From NCBI GenBank assembly GCA_020160975.1, contig JAIUPJ010000001.1:420001-452000 (forward strand): a stretch of DNA of 32,000 nucleotides. The letters are read 5' to 3'. The DNA is from Candidatus Saccharimonadota bacterium. Its GTDB lineage: Bacteria; Patescibacteriota; Saccharimonadia; Saccharimonadales; Saccharimonadaceae. A program made the translations under genes and the position numbers. Position 1 is the first letter of the stretch, and each line of letters opens with the position of its first letter. Positions 8,479 through 16,577 of the stretch are shown here, piece by piece. The notes under the pieces are model-generated. The model searched no databases, had not been told where the DNA came from, and saw only the letters and a program-made list of their open reading frames with translations.

Positions 8479-8859
8479 CTACAGCAAGGTCACTTCGCGC
8501 TTGACGAACGTCTTGTCGTTAAGCCAGGCGCGTTCGGCGGTGAAACGATAATGACCGAGTTCGCTGCCGCGGTCTTCGACGAGCACGCCGTGTCCACTCA
8601 TGTACACACCGGCTTGTTGTTCGGTATTAAAGATCACGACCGACATTGCCGGGCGATCGGTGAGCGCCTGCGAGTGGAGGGTATCGAGTTTTGAATCCCA
8701 CTCAAATTCATTTCCCTGCCATCGTGCGATGCGTACCGGCACCGCCCAAGGCCTGCCGTCGTCCAGTGTGACTGCCAGCACCATAAAGTGCTGTTCGGCC
8801 AGAAATTCTTGTACAAATTTTTTATCCTGATTACTGCTTTCCAGTGCTTCCATATCCAC
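8479..8859 (-). CDS. Pyridoxamine 5'-phosphate oxidase-like (FMN-binding split-barrel) family protein
   Basis: 126-aa [27 protein letters not shown] ... MSVVIFN ... [13 protein letters not shown] matches the general PNPOx-like/general-stress-protein-26 pattern. It overlaps the dut 3' end by ~25 nt. Confidence 0.55.
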   Translation of the reverse strand: MDMEALESSNQDKKFVQEFLAEQHFMVLAVTLDDGRPWAVPVRIARWQGNEFEWDSKLDTLHSQALTDRPAMSVVIFNTEQQAGVYMSGHGVLVEDRGSELGHYRFTAERAWLNDKTFVKREVTLL

Positions 8860-9269
8860 CTACTCCCCTTTCGGTAATATCTAGTTCACCAACCTCATCC
8901 CACTCAACCGTTTCGTACTGCTGCACGATCATCTGCGCGATACGCATACCCGGCTCGACAGTAAATGGCTCGTTGCTAGTGTTTAGCAATATCACGCCCA
9001 CTTCACCACGATAATCTGCATCGATCGTTCCCACGCCATTGGCCAGCATAATGCCGTGTTTTGCCGCCAATCCGCTGCGTGCCCGTATCTGCGCTTCGTA
9101 CCCAGTCGGCAACGCCATGGCAAACTCCTGTCGGAATAATAATCCGCTCATGTGGCGCAATTATCACTGGCTCATCGATGCACGCTGCCACATCCATCGC
9201 CGCCGCTTGCGCTGTTTGGTACTGTGGAACTACGGTATTTACATTGAGTTTTTTGAATTTAATTTTCAT
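8831..9269 (-). pseudogene. dut: dUTP diphosphatase (dUTPase) interrupted by a 1-nt frameshift
   Basis: Track ORFs 9003-9272 and 8831-9160 are the N- and C-terminal parts of one trimeric dUTPase in frames offset by 1. The N-terminal part reads MKIKFKKLNVNTVVPQYQTAQAAAMDVAA...ERIIIPTGV. The C-terminal part reads [24 protein letters not shown]...[17 protein letters not shown]...RIAQM...[10 protein letters not shown]. Removing one T from the GTTT run (forward AAA 9122-9124) gives a continuous 145-aa Dut; the span is 439 nt = 146 codons + 1. Confidence 0.85.
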
Positions 9270-9657
9270 CAATCAACTTCTCTATCCGTTTCTTTATTTC
9301 ATCGCGTACTGCGCGGTCTATTTCGATAGTGCGATTTTCTTCGTAGTGGGGATCGGCGACATCCCACAACTCTGCCTTGTAACTCTTGGTCACATAGCTC
9401 GGCATATAGGGTGTCGGAAACCAAACTACTTTGTCTGCTGCATCGACTATCTCTTGCGTTAGCTGATCGCTCTTCTGACCCGCCATAGTCAAGCCAATCT
9501 CTTTCATCCCCGTTTCGCCGCGTTCAGAAGCATGATTTTTCAGCGTTGCGATCGCACCTGCGCTGGTTGCATCGTGCGACTTTGTGAATGTATTATAAAT
9601 TGTCTCTGCCATTTGACTGCGAATCATATTACCTTCGCAAACGAAAAGAATCTTCAT
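9259..9657 (-). CDS. Low-molecular-weight protein-tyrosine phosphatase family protein
   Basis: MKILFVCEGNMIRSQMAE carries the C-x5-R-S P-loop. VADPHY supplies the DP general acid. There are no extra Cys pair residues expected for ArsC. The start ATG 9657 overlaps the upstream stop (TAATG). Confidence 0.8.
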   Translation of the reverse strand: MKILFVCEGNMIRSQMAETIYNTFTKSHDATSAGAIATLKNHASERGETGMKEIGLTMAGQKSDQLTQEIVDAADKVVWFPTPYMPSYVTKSYKAELWDVADPHYEENRTIEIDRAVRDEIKKRIEKLIDEN

Positions 9658-10274
9658 TACTTTTCCTTTTTCTCTGCCATCACATATAGCCAATTCTTGT
9701 CTTTATATATTGTTTCACGTATATCTGTAACCAAAAAATTTGCCCTTTCAAGCTTTGCTCGTAGCTCATCTGCCTGGAAATAGCGAAAATATCGCGGAAG
9801 CCCCAACTGCTGATCTTCAGTGAGCTCTCCATCCCTCTCAATTACCGAAAAAGCGAGTTTACCGTCCTTTACTAGCGCAGCATGGATGTTTTGTAGTGCA
9901 GATGAAAAATCTTCATCAGTAAAATGCAGAAACACTGCGCTCGCATACACAACATCCCACTTGCCTTCAGGAGCTTCAGCAATAATGTCTAAGCGTAATG
10001 GCGAATGGCCATGCTGCCGCAAATAGTCCAAGAAGCCACCCGACGCATCCGTTACCTGCACCTTGTAGCCCTTGCTGGCGAGATATCTCGCGTCTCTCCC
10101 GTGCGCGCTGCCAATTTCCAAAATACGTGCGTTTTGTGGCACATCACGAAAAACATCGCCGAGCCAATCGTTATAAAACCCCTCGCGTGAACGCGTCATA
10201 TCTCGATTCACATATGGCTCAATGCTTTTGTTATAGGTATGGATGGTTTGGCTATTTTGCTGCGACATGTCCAT
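9657..10274 (-). CDS. Class I SAM-dependent methyltransferase
   Basis: Motif I ARILEIGSAHGRDARYLASKGYKVQVTDAS, then post-I/II elements (WDVVYASAVFLHF, LVKDGKLAF). Paralogous to ORF 10818-11465. Confidence 0.8.
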   Translation of the reverse strand: MDMSQQNSQTIHTYNKSIEPYVNRDMTRSREGFYNDWLGDVFRDVPQNARILEIGSAHGRDARYLASKGYKVQVTDASGGFLDYLRQHGHSPLRLDIIAEAPEGKWDVVYASAVFLHFTDEDFSSALQNIHAALVKDGKLAFSVIERDGELTEDQQLGLPRYFRYFQADELRAKLERANFLVTDIRETIYKDKNWLYVMAEKKEK

Positions 10275-10821
10275 TGCCCTCCAGCCACTGCAAGAGTATC
10301 AAGGCAACACGCCCTTCTTTCATGTCGCCCACTAGTATCATTCGTCTTGCCTCCTCAAAACCTACCCACACATCCGCCTCAATCATCTCACCAATCTCTA
10401 ACTCTTGTCCGGCCGAGCTCAAGCTCCATTTGTGAGCTACAAATACGTACAAATCCCACTCGACAGTCGCACCAAGTGTAGACTTCTCGACGAACTCAAT
10501 TTCTTCCACCTCAATGCCCGCTTCTTCGCGTGCCTCAGCAACTGCTTTAGCTTTTGCAGCAAGTAAAATATCTTCGTCACGCATACGAAATGCTGCAAAC
10601 TCATCAAGCGTGTCAAATACCTTCCTTCCCGGCAGCCGGTAGTCCCACTCTTCCAGTTCATGACGAAACTCTTTAGTGAGCAAAATCTTTTTTGCTGCAT
10701 CATCGACGATGATGACACGAACACCTGGTGCTCTGCGTGCAACTTCAAATATACGACCATCGTCTTGCTTTATCTGCACGAGTTCAAATATCTTTCCCTT
10801 TGCAACTATCTCTTCGCTCAT
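10252..10821 (-). CDS. Nudix hydrolase (ADP-ribose pyrophosphatase-like)
   Basis: 189-aa ORF. The Nudix-box core AVAEAREEAGIEV (RExxEExGU) is preceded by LPGRKV, with an apparent insertion in the box. Overlaps both neighbours. Confidence 0.7.
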   Translation of the reverse strand: MSEEIVAKGKIFELVQIKQDDGRIFEVARRAPGVRVIIVDDAAKKILLTKEFRHELEEWDYRLPGRKVFDTLDEFAAFRMRDEDILLAAKAKAVAEAREEAGIEVEEIEFVEKSTLGATVEWDLYVFVAHKWSLSSAGQELEIGEMIEADVWVGFEEARRMILVGDMKEGRVALILLQWLEGNGHVAAK

Positions 10822-11465
10822 GCAGGCTTCTTTCCGACAAAACGCACAAGGTGATGTACTCCCTTGTCAATATCTTTATATGTCTCGCCTTTTTCATCAC
10901 AGATAATGACATCAAATTTCTCGGCAAATTTCTTTACTGACTCCGCACTAAAATATCGTTTTTTTGTACCCTCGGTCTCGAAATAATCACCTTCTAGCTT
11001 CGTGCCGCTATTGTATTCAGGGTCATTTACTGAGTTCACTAGAAATGCCACAATACCGCCCGGCTTTAGCACTCGATATATCTCATTGAAGACCTGTTTG
11101 GTAGTTTCTGTATCGAAATAGTGCAACGCGAGATGCGAATAAACGACATCGAACTTCTCGTCATCGTAGACGAATAACTCATCCAAATTGAGCGACTCAA
11201 ATAAAATATTTTGAACATCTTGTTCGAGTTTTCGTTGCCTTGAAATATATAGTGCTGATTCTTCAAAATCAGTCGCGATAACATGAAAGCCTCTCGCCCC
11301 AGCTAGCCAAAGTCCATCTTGTCCTTGACCACAACCAAGTTCAAGGATGCGCGACCCAGCCGGAAAATATTCGACAATTTCTTCGACAAAAATTGATGGC
11401 TTTTTAGACCAATCGCGTGCAGCATAGTCATCATGTTTTTCTTGCCAAAATTGACTGTCAGCCAC
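10818..11465 (-). CDS. Class I SAM-dependent methyltransferase
   Basis: Motif I SRILELGCGQGQDGLWLAGARGFHVIATDFE; later FDVVYSHLALHYF and LKPGGIVAF. The track ORF extends to 11759 but that part lies inside polA. The first usable start after the polA stop is GTG 11465 (no ATG exists in the domain), with AAGG 4-8 nt upstream. Confidence 0.75.
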   Translation of the reverse strand: MADSQFWQEKHDDYAARDWSKKPSIFVEEIVEYFPAGSRILELGCGQGQDGLWLAGARGFHVIATDFEESALYISRQRKLEQDVQNILFESLNLDELFVYDDEKFDVVYSHLALHYFDTETTKQVFNEIYRVLKPGGIVAFLVNSVNDPEYNSGTKLEGDYFETEGTKKRYFSAESVKKFAEKFDVIICDEKGETYKDIDKGVHHLVRFVGKKPA

Positions 11466-11469
11466 TACC

Positions 11470-14103
11470 TTACACTTCCCCCCAATTATTTCCCGTGTGC
11501 ACATCCACTTGCAGTCGCACGCCGAGTTTTGGATAAATGTTTTCCATGGTTTCGACGAGCATAGTGCTGACTTTTTCGGCCATGTCTTTCGGACATTCGA
11601 TGAGGATAGAGTCGTGAATCTGCAAGAGTTGCTGGGGACGAGATGTCGCTTCGGTACTTTGGGAGACTCTGCTTTCCGCAGGAAGCGAGCTGTTCTTTTC
11701 AGCTTGCTGTGCTCCCAAATGTGCCGAAGCGACAGCGAGTTGTGTAAGGTTTTCCTCAACTCTAATCATCGCCATCTTCATAAGGTCCGCCTCGGTCCCC
11801 TGTATCGGCATGTTCGCTGCCGCACGCTCAGCGGCCTGGCGAACAACAAAGTTGCTCGACTTTACATCTGGTGTCCAGCGCCGGCGACCAAACAGTGTCT
11901 CGACAAAGCCATCATCGTGCGCCTTTTTCACCGTGTCGTCGATATACTTACGAATGTTTGGCCGCACCCGGAAGTACTCATCGATGAAATGCTGGGCCTC
12001 CTGATAATTCATATTTGCGGCGGCGGCTAGCCCGTGCTGGCTCATACCGTAGAGCACACCAAAGTTGACCACTTTGGCTTTGCGTCGCTGCTCTTTCGTG
12101 ACGGCATCGAGCGGTACTTTGTATACCTCAGCCGCGGTCTTGGCGTGAATGTCGGTACCGGCATTGAAATCATTGATCATTTTTTCGTCACCCGCCAGCA
12201 CCGCCGCAAGGCGTAGTTCAAACTGCGAATAATCGGCACTGACAAATACATTGCTCGGGTCTGGCACGAATGCATCGCGAATTTGCCGCCCCAGCTCGGT
12301 GCGAATCGGGATGTTCTGAAGATTAGGGTCGGTACTACTGAGCCTTCCTGTCGCTGCCACGTCTTGACGAAAGACAGTGTGGATGCGCCCCGCATCATCT
12401 GCCTGCTCAGGCAATGTCTTCACGTAGGTGTTGAGTAGCTTGGTCAGCTCACGGAATTGTTCGATACTCTCAATGATAGGGTGCTGGCCGCGTAGTTTGT
12501 CGAGCTCTTTTTGGCCCGTCGAAAAACCTGTCTTGCCTTTTTTTACTCCCACCGTCGAGAGGCCGAGCTCTGTATACAAAATTTCTGCAAGCTGCGCAGG
12601 GCTGGCGATATTGAATTCGTGGCCTACCATGGCGAACATTGTTTTTTGAATCTCAGCGATGTCCTTCGTAAGTTTTACCTCCATCTCGGACAGCTTGCTA
12701 CTATCAAGACGTATGCCGCGAAACTCCATGCGCGCCAACACCGGAATTAAAGGGAAGTCCATCGTGTGCGCCACATGTGCGACGTCAGGCAAGGCATCGA
12801 GTGCTTGGCTCTGCTCGTCATAGAGCGCCCAAATCGCACTGATAGCGAGCTTTGGATCGTCAATCGCTTCCATCCCCACCAGGTCAGCTAGTTCGCGCGA
12901 TTTACGCAGGGGGTTTAGCAAGAATGAGCCTTGCTCGGTATCATGATGAACTTCAGGCAATTCCGTCTCCCCATTTGCCAGCAAGTCTTTCAAAAATGCC
13001 TTGGTGTTGTGACCAACGATAGGCACTTTCGCAACAACATCTGCAGCCACTTTTCGTGACAATTTGGCGGCCTTGCTGCGCTCGTGGCTCAACCAGACGC
13101 CGTCGCCATCTGGCCAAACGATCAGTTCTTTGGCCATCAGCAGCACGGCGCGCGAGTGGCTGGCCGGCATCTCTTCGGCTGACTCGACCACCGCTAGATC
13201 TGGTGTGCCGCTAGAACTAGTGTCAGTATCACGCATGTGTTCAGGCAGATTGCGTAGTAGACTGCGAAACTCAAGTTTCGTGAGCAATTCTTTTAATTTG
13301 TGCGTGTCGAGATCACTCACATCCATAGCCTTGAGATCGAGTGGCACCGGCGCATCAAACCACAGCTCGGCAACTTTTTTGCTCAGCTCAGCCGATGCTT
13401 TGCCTGCCTCAAGCTTGCGGCGCGTTGCATCTTTGATTTGCCATAGATTCTCGTAAATTCCGTCGAGCGTTTCGTATTGTTGGAGCAGCTGCACAGCTGT
13501 CTTTTCCCCAATGCCCGGCACACCGGGAATGTTGTCACTTGAGTCGCCTTTCAGCGCCTTGAGGTCAAGAAATTGGTCGACACGAATACCGTATTTTTCG
13601 GTAAAACTTTCGGGCTTGAACAGGTCGATATTTGTCAGACCTTTTTTCAACGCATAGACATGCACCAACGGGTTGACAGCCTGTAGTGCGTCGAGGTCGC
13701 TAGTAATCAAACAAACTTCAATCCCCTGCTCGCTGGCCTTCCGAGCAAGTGTCGCCAATATATCATCGGCCTCATAGTCATCCAGCTCATATAGCGGCCA
13801 GCCAAACGCCGCCAATAACTCGTGGAGGATTGGAATCTGTGCATAGAAATCCGCCGGCGCAGGCTTGCGACCAGCTTTGTAGTCTGGGTAGATCTCGAGT
13901 CGCTTGCGAATATTCGTCTTGGGCTTGTCCCACGCCACACAGGCGTAGTCGGGCTTGAGTTTCTTGAATAACTCGAGCGAAAGAGCCGCAAACCCATACA
14001 CCCCGCCGGTCGGTGTGCCATCGGCGGTCGAAAGATTTGGCATGGCATAGTAACCGCGATAGAACACAGACTTGCCATCAATAATCACTAAACGTTTCGC
14101 CAT
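11470..14103 (-). CDS. polA: DNA polymerase I
   Basis: 877 aa. The 5'-nuclease domain reads LVIIDGKSVFYRGYYA...YEADDILATLA...GDSSDNIPGVPGIGEKTA. Family-A polymerase motifs are DYSQFELRLAA, KVVNFGVLYGMS and QIHDSILIE. The Exo I DxE motif of the 3'-5' exonuclease domain is not visible, so it is probably proofreading-inactive. TATAAT (14115-14110) lies 6 nt upstream of the ATG. Confidence 0.97.
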   Translation of the reverse strand: MAKRLVIIDGKSVFYRGYYAMPNLSTADGTPTGGVYGFAALSLELFKKLKPDYACVAWDKPKTNIRKRLEIYPDYKAGRKPAPADFYAQIPILHELLAAFGWPLYELDDYEADDILATLARKASEQGIEVCLITSDLDALQAVNPLVHVYALKKGLTNIDLFKPESFTEKYGIRVDQFLDLKALKGDSSDNIPGVPGIGEKTAVQLLQQYETLDGIYENLWQIKDATRRKLEAGKASAELSKKVAELWFDAPVPLDLKAMDVSDLDTHKLKELLTKLEFRSLLRNLPEHMRDTDTSSSGTPDLAVVESAEEMPASHSRAVLLMAKELIVWPDGDGVWLSHERSKAAKLSRKVAADVVAKVPIVGHNTKAFLKDLLANGETELPEVHHDTEQGSFLLNPLRKSRELADLVGMEAIDDPKLAISAIWALYDEQSQALDALPDVAHVAHTMDFPLIPVLARMEFRGIRLDSSKLSEMEVKLTKDIAEIQKTMFAMVGHEFNIASPAQLAEILYTELGLSTVGVKKGKTGFSTGQKELDKLRGQHPIIESIEQFRELTKLLNTYVKTLPEQADDAGRIHTVFRQDVAATGRLSSTDPNLQNIPIRTELGRQIRDAFVPDPSNVFVSADYSQFELRLAAVLAGDEKMINDFNAGTDIHAKTAAEVYKVPLDAVTKEQRRKAKVVNFGVLYGMSQHGLAAAANMNYQEAQHFIDEYFRVRPNIRKYIDDTVKKAHDDGFVETLFGRRRWTPDVKSSNFVVRQAAERAAANMPIQGTEADLMKMAMIRVEENLTQLAVASAHLGAQQAEKNSSLPAESRVSQSTEATSRPQQLLQIHDSILIECPKDMAEKVSTMLVETMENIYPKLGVRLQVDVHTGNNWGEV

Positions 14104-14117
14104 ACTTCTATTATACG

Positions 14118-14432
14118 CTAGATACCTCTGTCAAAGTCGAAAGTGTATTGTGGAGAAATGCCATGCGGAAGGTAAAGTGCTTTGAGTTGCTGTGCAACGG
14201 TGCCGTCAAGCTTTTTGCGCACGGCGGACTCCCATAGTGTCTTGGCGTCGGTATTATCAGTAGGCGTACGATCTGCAAGTGCCGCGGCACGTGCAACCAA
14301 TACAACGTCGACCACCTTGAGTCCAAGCTCGAAACGATTGTCTCTGTCCTCAACATGAGTATTGACGCCCTTCAAAAATCCCACGCTACGCATGACTCGT
14401 AGATGCTGCTTGTGCGCTCTCTCTTCATTCAT
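14118..14432 (-). CDS. Hypothetical small protein
   Basis: 104-aa ORF filling the gap upstream of polA and divergent from the kinase gene. No motif recognised. Confidence 0.4.
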   Translation of the reverse strand: MNEERAHKQHLRVMRSVGFLKGVNTHVEDRDNRFELGLKVVDVVLVARAAALADRTPTDNTDAKTLWESAVRKKLDGTVAQQLKALYLPHGISPQYTFDFDRGI

Positions 14433-14498
14433 ACGAAATCACTATGTCGTACGGTGGTGAGAAGTGCAAGCTCTCGCTCGCCATGGTACACTGCTTAT

Positions 14499-15077
14499 AT
14501 GAGCGAATCCCGATCACCTGCAAAAATCTTGGCCTTTGTCGGTCTCCCCGGTTCAGGTAAATCAGAAGCCACAGAATACCTCACTGCAAAGGGCATCCCA
14601 AAAGTCTATTTTGGCGGTGTCATCTTGAGCGCGCTCAAAGACGCCGGGCTGGAATGGAGCGAAGCCACCGAAAAGGAATTCCGTGAAGAAATTCGCCAAC
14701 GAGAAGGTAAAGATTTTGTTGTCAAACGGATGGTGAAGGAGATTCATGGCCTTATCGATGCCGGCCAGCGGCACATTGTTGCCGATGGGCTCTACTCGTG
14801 GACTGAGTACAAAATTCTCAAACATGAATTTCCTGGAAAGCTGATCGTGGTTGCAATTGTGGCGCCAAGACATATCCGTCACCATCGATTGACACTCCGG
14901 CCTATTCGACCTATGACCGCCGATGAAGCAAATGCGCGCGACTGGGCGGAGATCGAAAGCCTCGAAAAAGGCGGGCCGATCGCCATTGCCGACTATTTCA
15001 TTCACAACGACAAAGACCTCGTACGTCTTCATGCTGCCATCGATATGGTCCTCAGCGAAACTCATTTCCTTGATTAG
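14499..15077 (+). CDS. P-loop nucleotide/nucleoside kinase-like protein (UPF0200 / dephospho-CoA-kinase-like family; inference)
   Basis: Walker A FVGLPGSGKSE lies near the N-terminus when started at ATG 14499 (MSESRSPAKILAFVGLPGSGKSEATEYL). The overall pattern VYFGG...REG...VADGLYS...E...RD..E resembles the small archaeal/bacterial UPF0200 kinases. TGGTACACT-N6-ATG sits immediately upstream. Confidence 0.7.
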   Translation: MSESRSPAKILAFVGLPGSGKSEATEYLTAKGIPKVYFGGVILSALKDAGLEWSEATEKEFREEIRQREGKDFVVKRMVKEIHGLIDAGQRHIVADGLYSWTEYKILKHEFPGKLIVVAIVAPRHIRHHRLTLRPIRPMTADEANARDWAEIESLEKGGPIAIADYFIHNDKDLVRLHAAIDMVLSETHFLD

Positions 15078-15132
15078 TCCCCCTATGGTTTGCTATACTG
15101 CAGCTATTAGAAGTAAGGAGTAGTTTTTTATC

Positions 15133-15516
15133 ATGGATCAACATCAACCCCAGAATCAACCAGTTCCCCCGGTAGCACCCGTACCGCCAGCTCCCGGTCA
15201 GCCAGTTGCGGGCCAGTCAGTTGTCTACGCCGAGAACCCCGGCCAGACACTCGGTATTGTAGGGATTATCCTCAACTTTTTTGGCATTGGTCTCGGGGGG
15301 ATCATCCTCGGCGTCATGTCACGCAGTAAATCAAAAGCTGTTGGCGCATCGACTACGCTAGGCACCATCAGCTTGGTCTGGGGGATTATCGCGACCGTAC
15401 TGACATTACTGTGGGTGATCTTCATGATTGTCATGTTCGTCATTGCAGCAGTAGCAAGCGATAGCAGCACCAGCTCTTCAGACTACAGCTCGAGTAGTAA
15501 TTATTCAAGCTACTAG
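15133..15516 (+). CDS. Small membrane protein, DUF4190-like (Pro/Gln-rich N-terminus, two TM helices, Ser-rich tail)
   Basis: 127-aa ORF with AAGGAG SD 13 nt upstream and TGCTATACT promoter-like element at 15095-15103. TM helices are LGIVGIILNFFGIGLGGIILGVM and ISLVWGIIATVLTLLWVIFMIVMFVIAAV. Confidence 0.65.
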   Translation: MDQHQPQNQPVPPVAPVPPAPGQPVAGQSVVYAENPGQTLGIVGIILNFFGIGLGGIILGVMSRSKSKAVGASTTLGTISLVWGIIATVLTLLWVIFMIVMFVIAAVASDSSTSSSDYSSSSNYSSY

Positions 15517-15535
15517 GTCAATCTGCTCCTCAAAC

Positions 15536-15563
15536 AAAACCCCTCCAGCACGGAGGGGTTTTT
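15536..15563. terminator. Bidirectional rho-independent terminator between convergent genes (15133-15516 and rpoD)
   Basis: AAAA-CCCCTCC-agcac-GGAGGGG-TTTTT: a 7-bp GC stem and 5-nt loop, with an A-tract on one side and a T-tract on the other. Confidence 0.75.
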
Positions 15564-15581
15564 GCGCGTGTTAAGTCGATA

Positions 15582-16577
15582 CTACTGTAGGTACTCGTAC
15601 AGCTTTTTAGCGTCCTTGTGCTTGCGCAGTTTGGCAAGTGCCTTTGCCTCAATCTGACGAATGCGCTCGCGGGTGACGGCAAATTCTTGTCCAACTTCTT
15701 CGAGCGTGTGGCTCTTGCCGTTCTCGAGTCCAAATCGCATCTTGATGATCTTTTGCTCGCGCTCAGACAGTGTGGAAAGTACCGACTGCACCTGCTCCTT
15801 GAGCAACTGATTGGCGGCCGACTCTTCTGGCGTAGCGCTATCTTCATCCTCGATAAAATCACCGAGCACCGAATCCTCGTCCTCGCCATCACGCCCAACG
15901 CCCGCGTCGAGGCTTGAGATGTCTTGCTTGATCTTGATGACGTATTCGACTTTTTCAGGCTCCATTTCGAGCTCTTTGGCCAGCTCTTCGATCGATGGCT
16001 CGCGGTTGAGCTCCTGGGTCATGCGGCGCTGGGTTCGGAGCAATTTGTTGATCGTCTCCACCATATGCACCGGGATACGAATCGTCCTGGCCTGGTCGGC
16101 GATGGCACGGGTAATTGCTTGGCGAATCCACCAGGTAGCATAGGTACTGAACTTGAACCCCTTGTCTGGATCGAATTTTTCTACGGCACGCAACAAACCA
16201 GTATGACCCTCTTGGATCAAGTCGAGAAAATCAAGGCCACGGCCACTATAGCGCTTGGCAATCGACACCACCAGACGCATGTTCGCCTCGGCCATCTTGT
16301 CTTTGGCACGCTTGTCACCTGCCACCACGCGCTGCGCGAGTGCCAGCTCTTCCTCGGCTGAAAGCAGTGGAATCTTGCCGATTTCGCGCAAATGCAACCG
16401 AACAGAGTCGTCACTAATATCATCAAAGTACTGACCTGCGTTTAGAATATCTTCGGGCGTATCTTCGTCTTCTTCCAGCAGCTCATCTGGCGCCGGCTCT
16501 TCAAAGTCAGCTGGACTTACTACCTGCTCTTCTTGGTCATCTGCTATGTCATTGGTCACTTGGTCATCGTTTGCCAC
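15582..16577 (-). CDS. rpoD: RNA polymerase primary sigma factor (sigma-70 family, compact form)
   Basis: Region 2 reads [53 protein letters not shown]. Regions 3 and 4 are also present ([24 protein letters not shown]). The acidic N-terminus is short, and the gene overlaps the dnaG stop by 14 nt. Confidence 0.95.
   Translation of the reverse strand: MANDDQVTNDIADDQEEQVVSPADFEEPAPDELLEEDEDTPEDILNAGQYFDDISDDSVRLHLREIGKIPLLSAEEELALAQRVVAGDKRAKDKMAEANMRLVVSIAKRYSGRGLDFLDLIQEGHTGLLRAVEKFDPDKGFKFSTYATWWIRQAITRAIADQARTIRIPVHMVETINKLLRTQRRMTQELNREPSIEELAKELEMEPEKVEYVIKIKQDISSLDAGVGRDGEDEDSVLGDFIEDEDSATPEESAANQLLKEQVQSVLSTLSEREQKIIKMRFGLENGKSHTLEEVGQEFAVTRERIRQIEAKALAKLRKHKDAKKLYEYLQ

Noticed and set aside
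9110-9130. Programmed +1 ribosomal frameshift in dut.
   Set aside because: The junction (GGA GTT TGC) lacks a known +1 slippery or hungry-codon context or a stimulatory SD at the right distance. A homopolymer indel (real or technical) is more parsimonious.
11466-11759. N-terminal 98 codons of track ORF 10818-11759.
   Set aside because: This part overlaps the polA 3' end in another frame and has junk-like composition. The methyltransferase domain begins just after the polA stop, so the gene was trimmed to GTG 11465.
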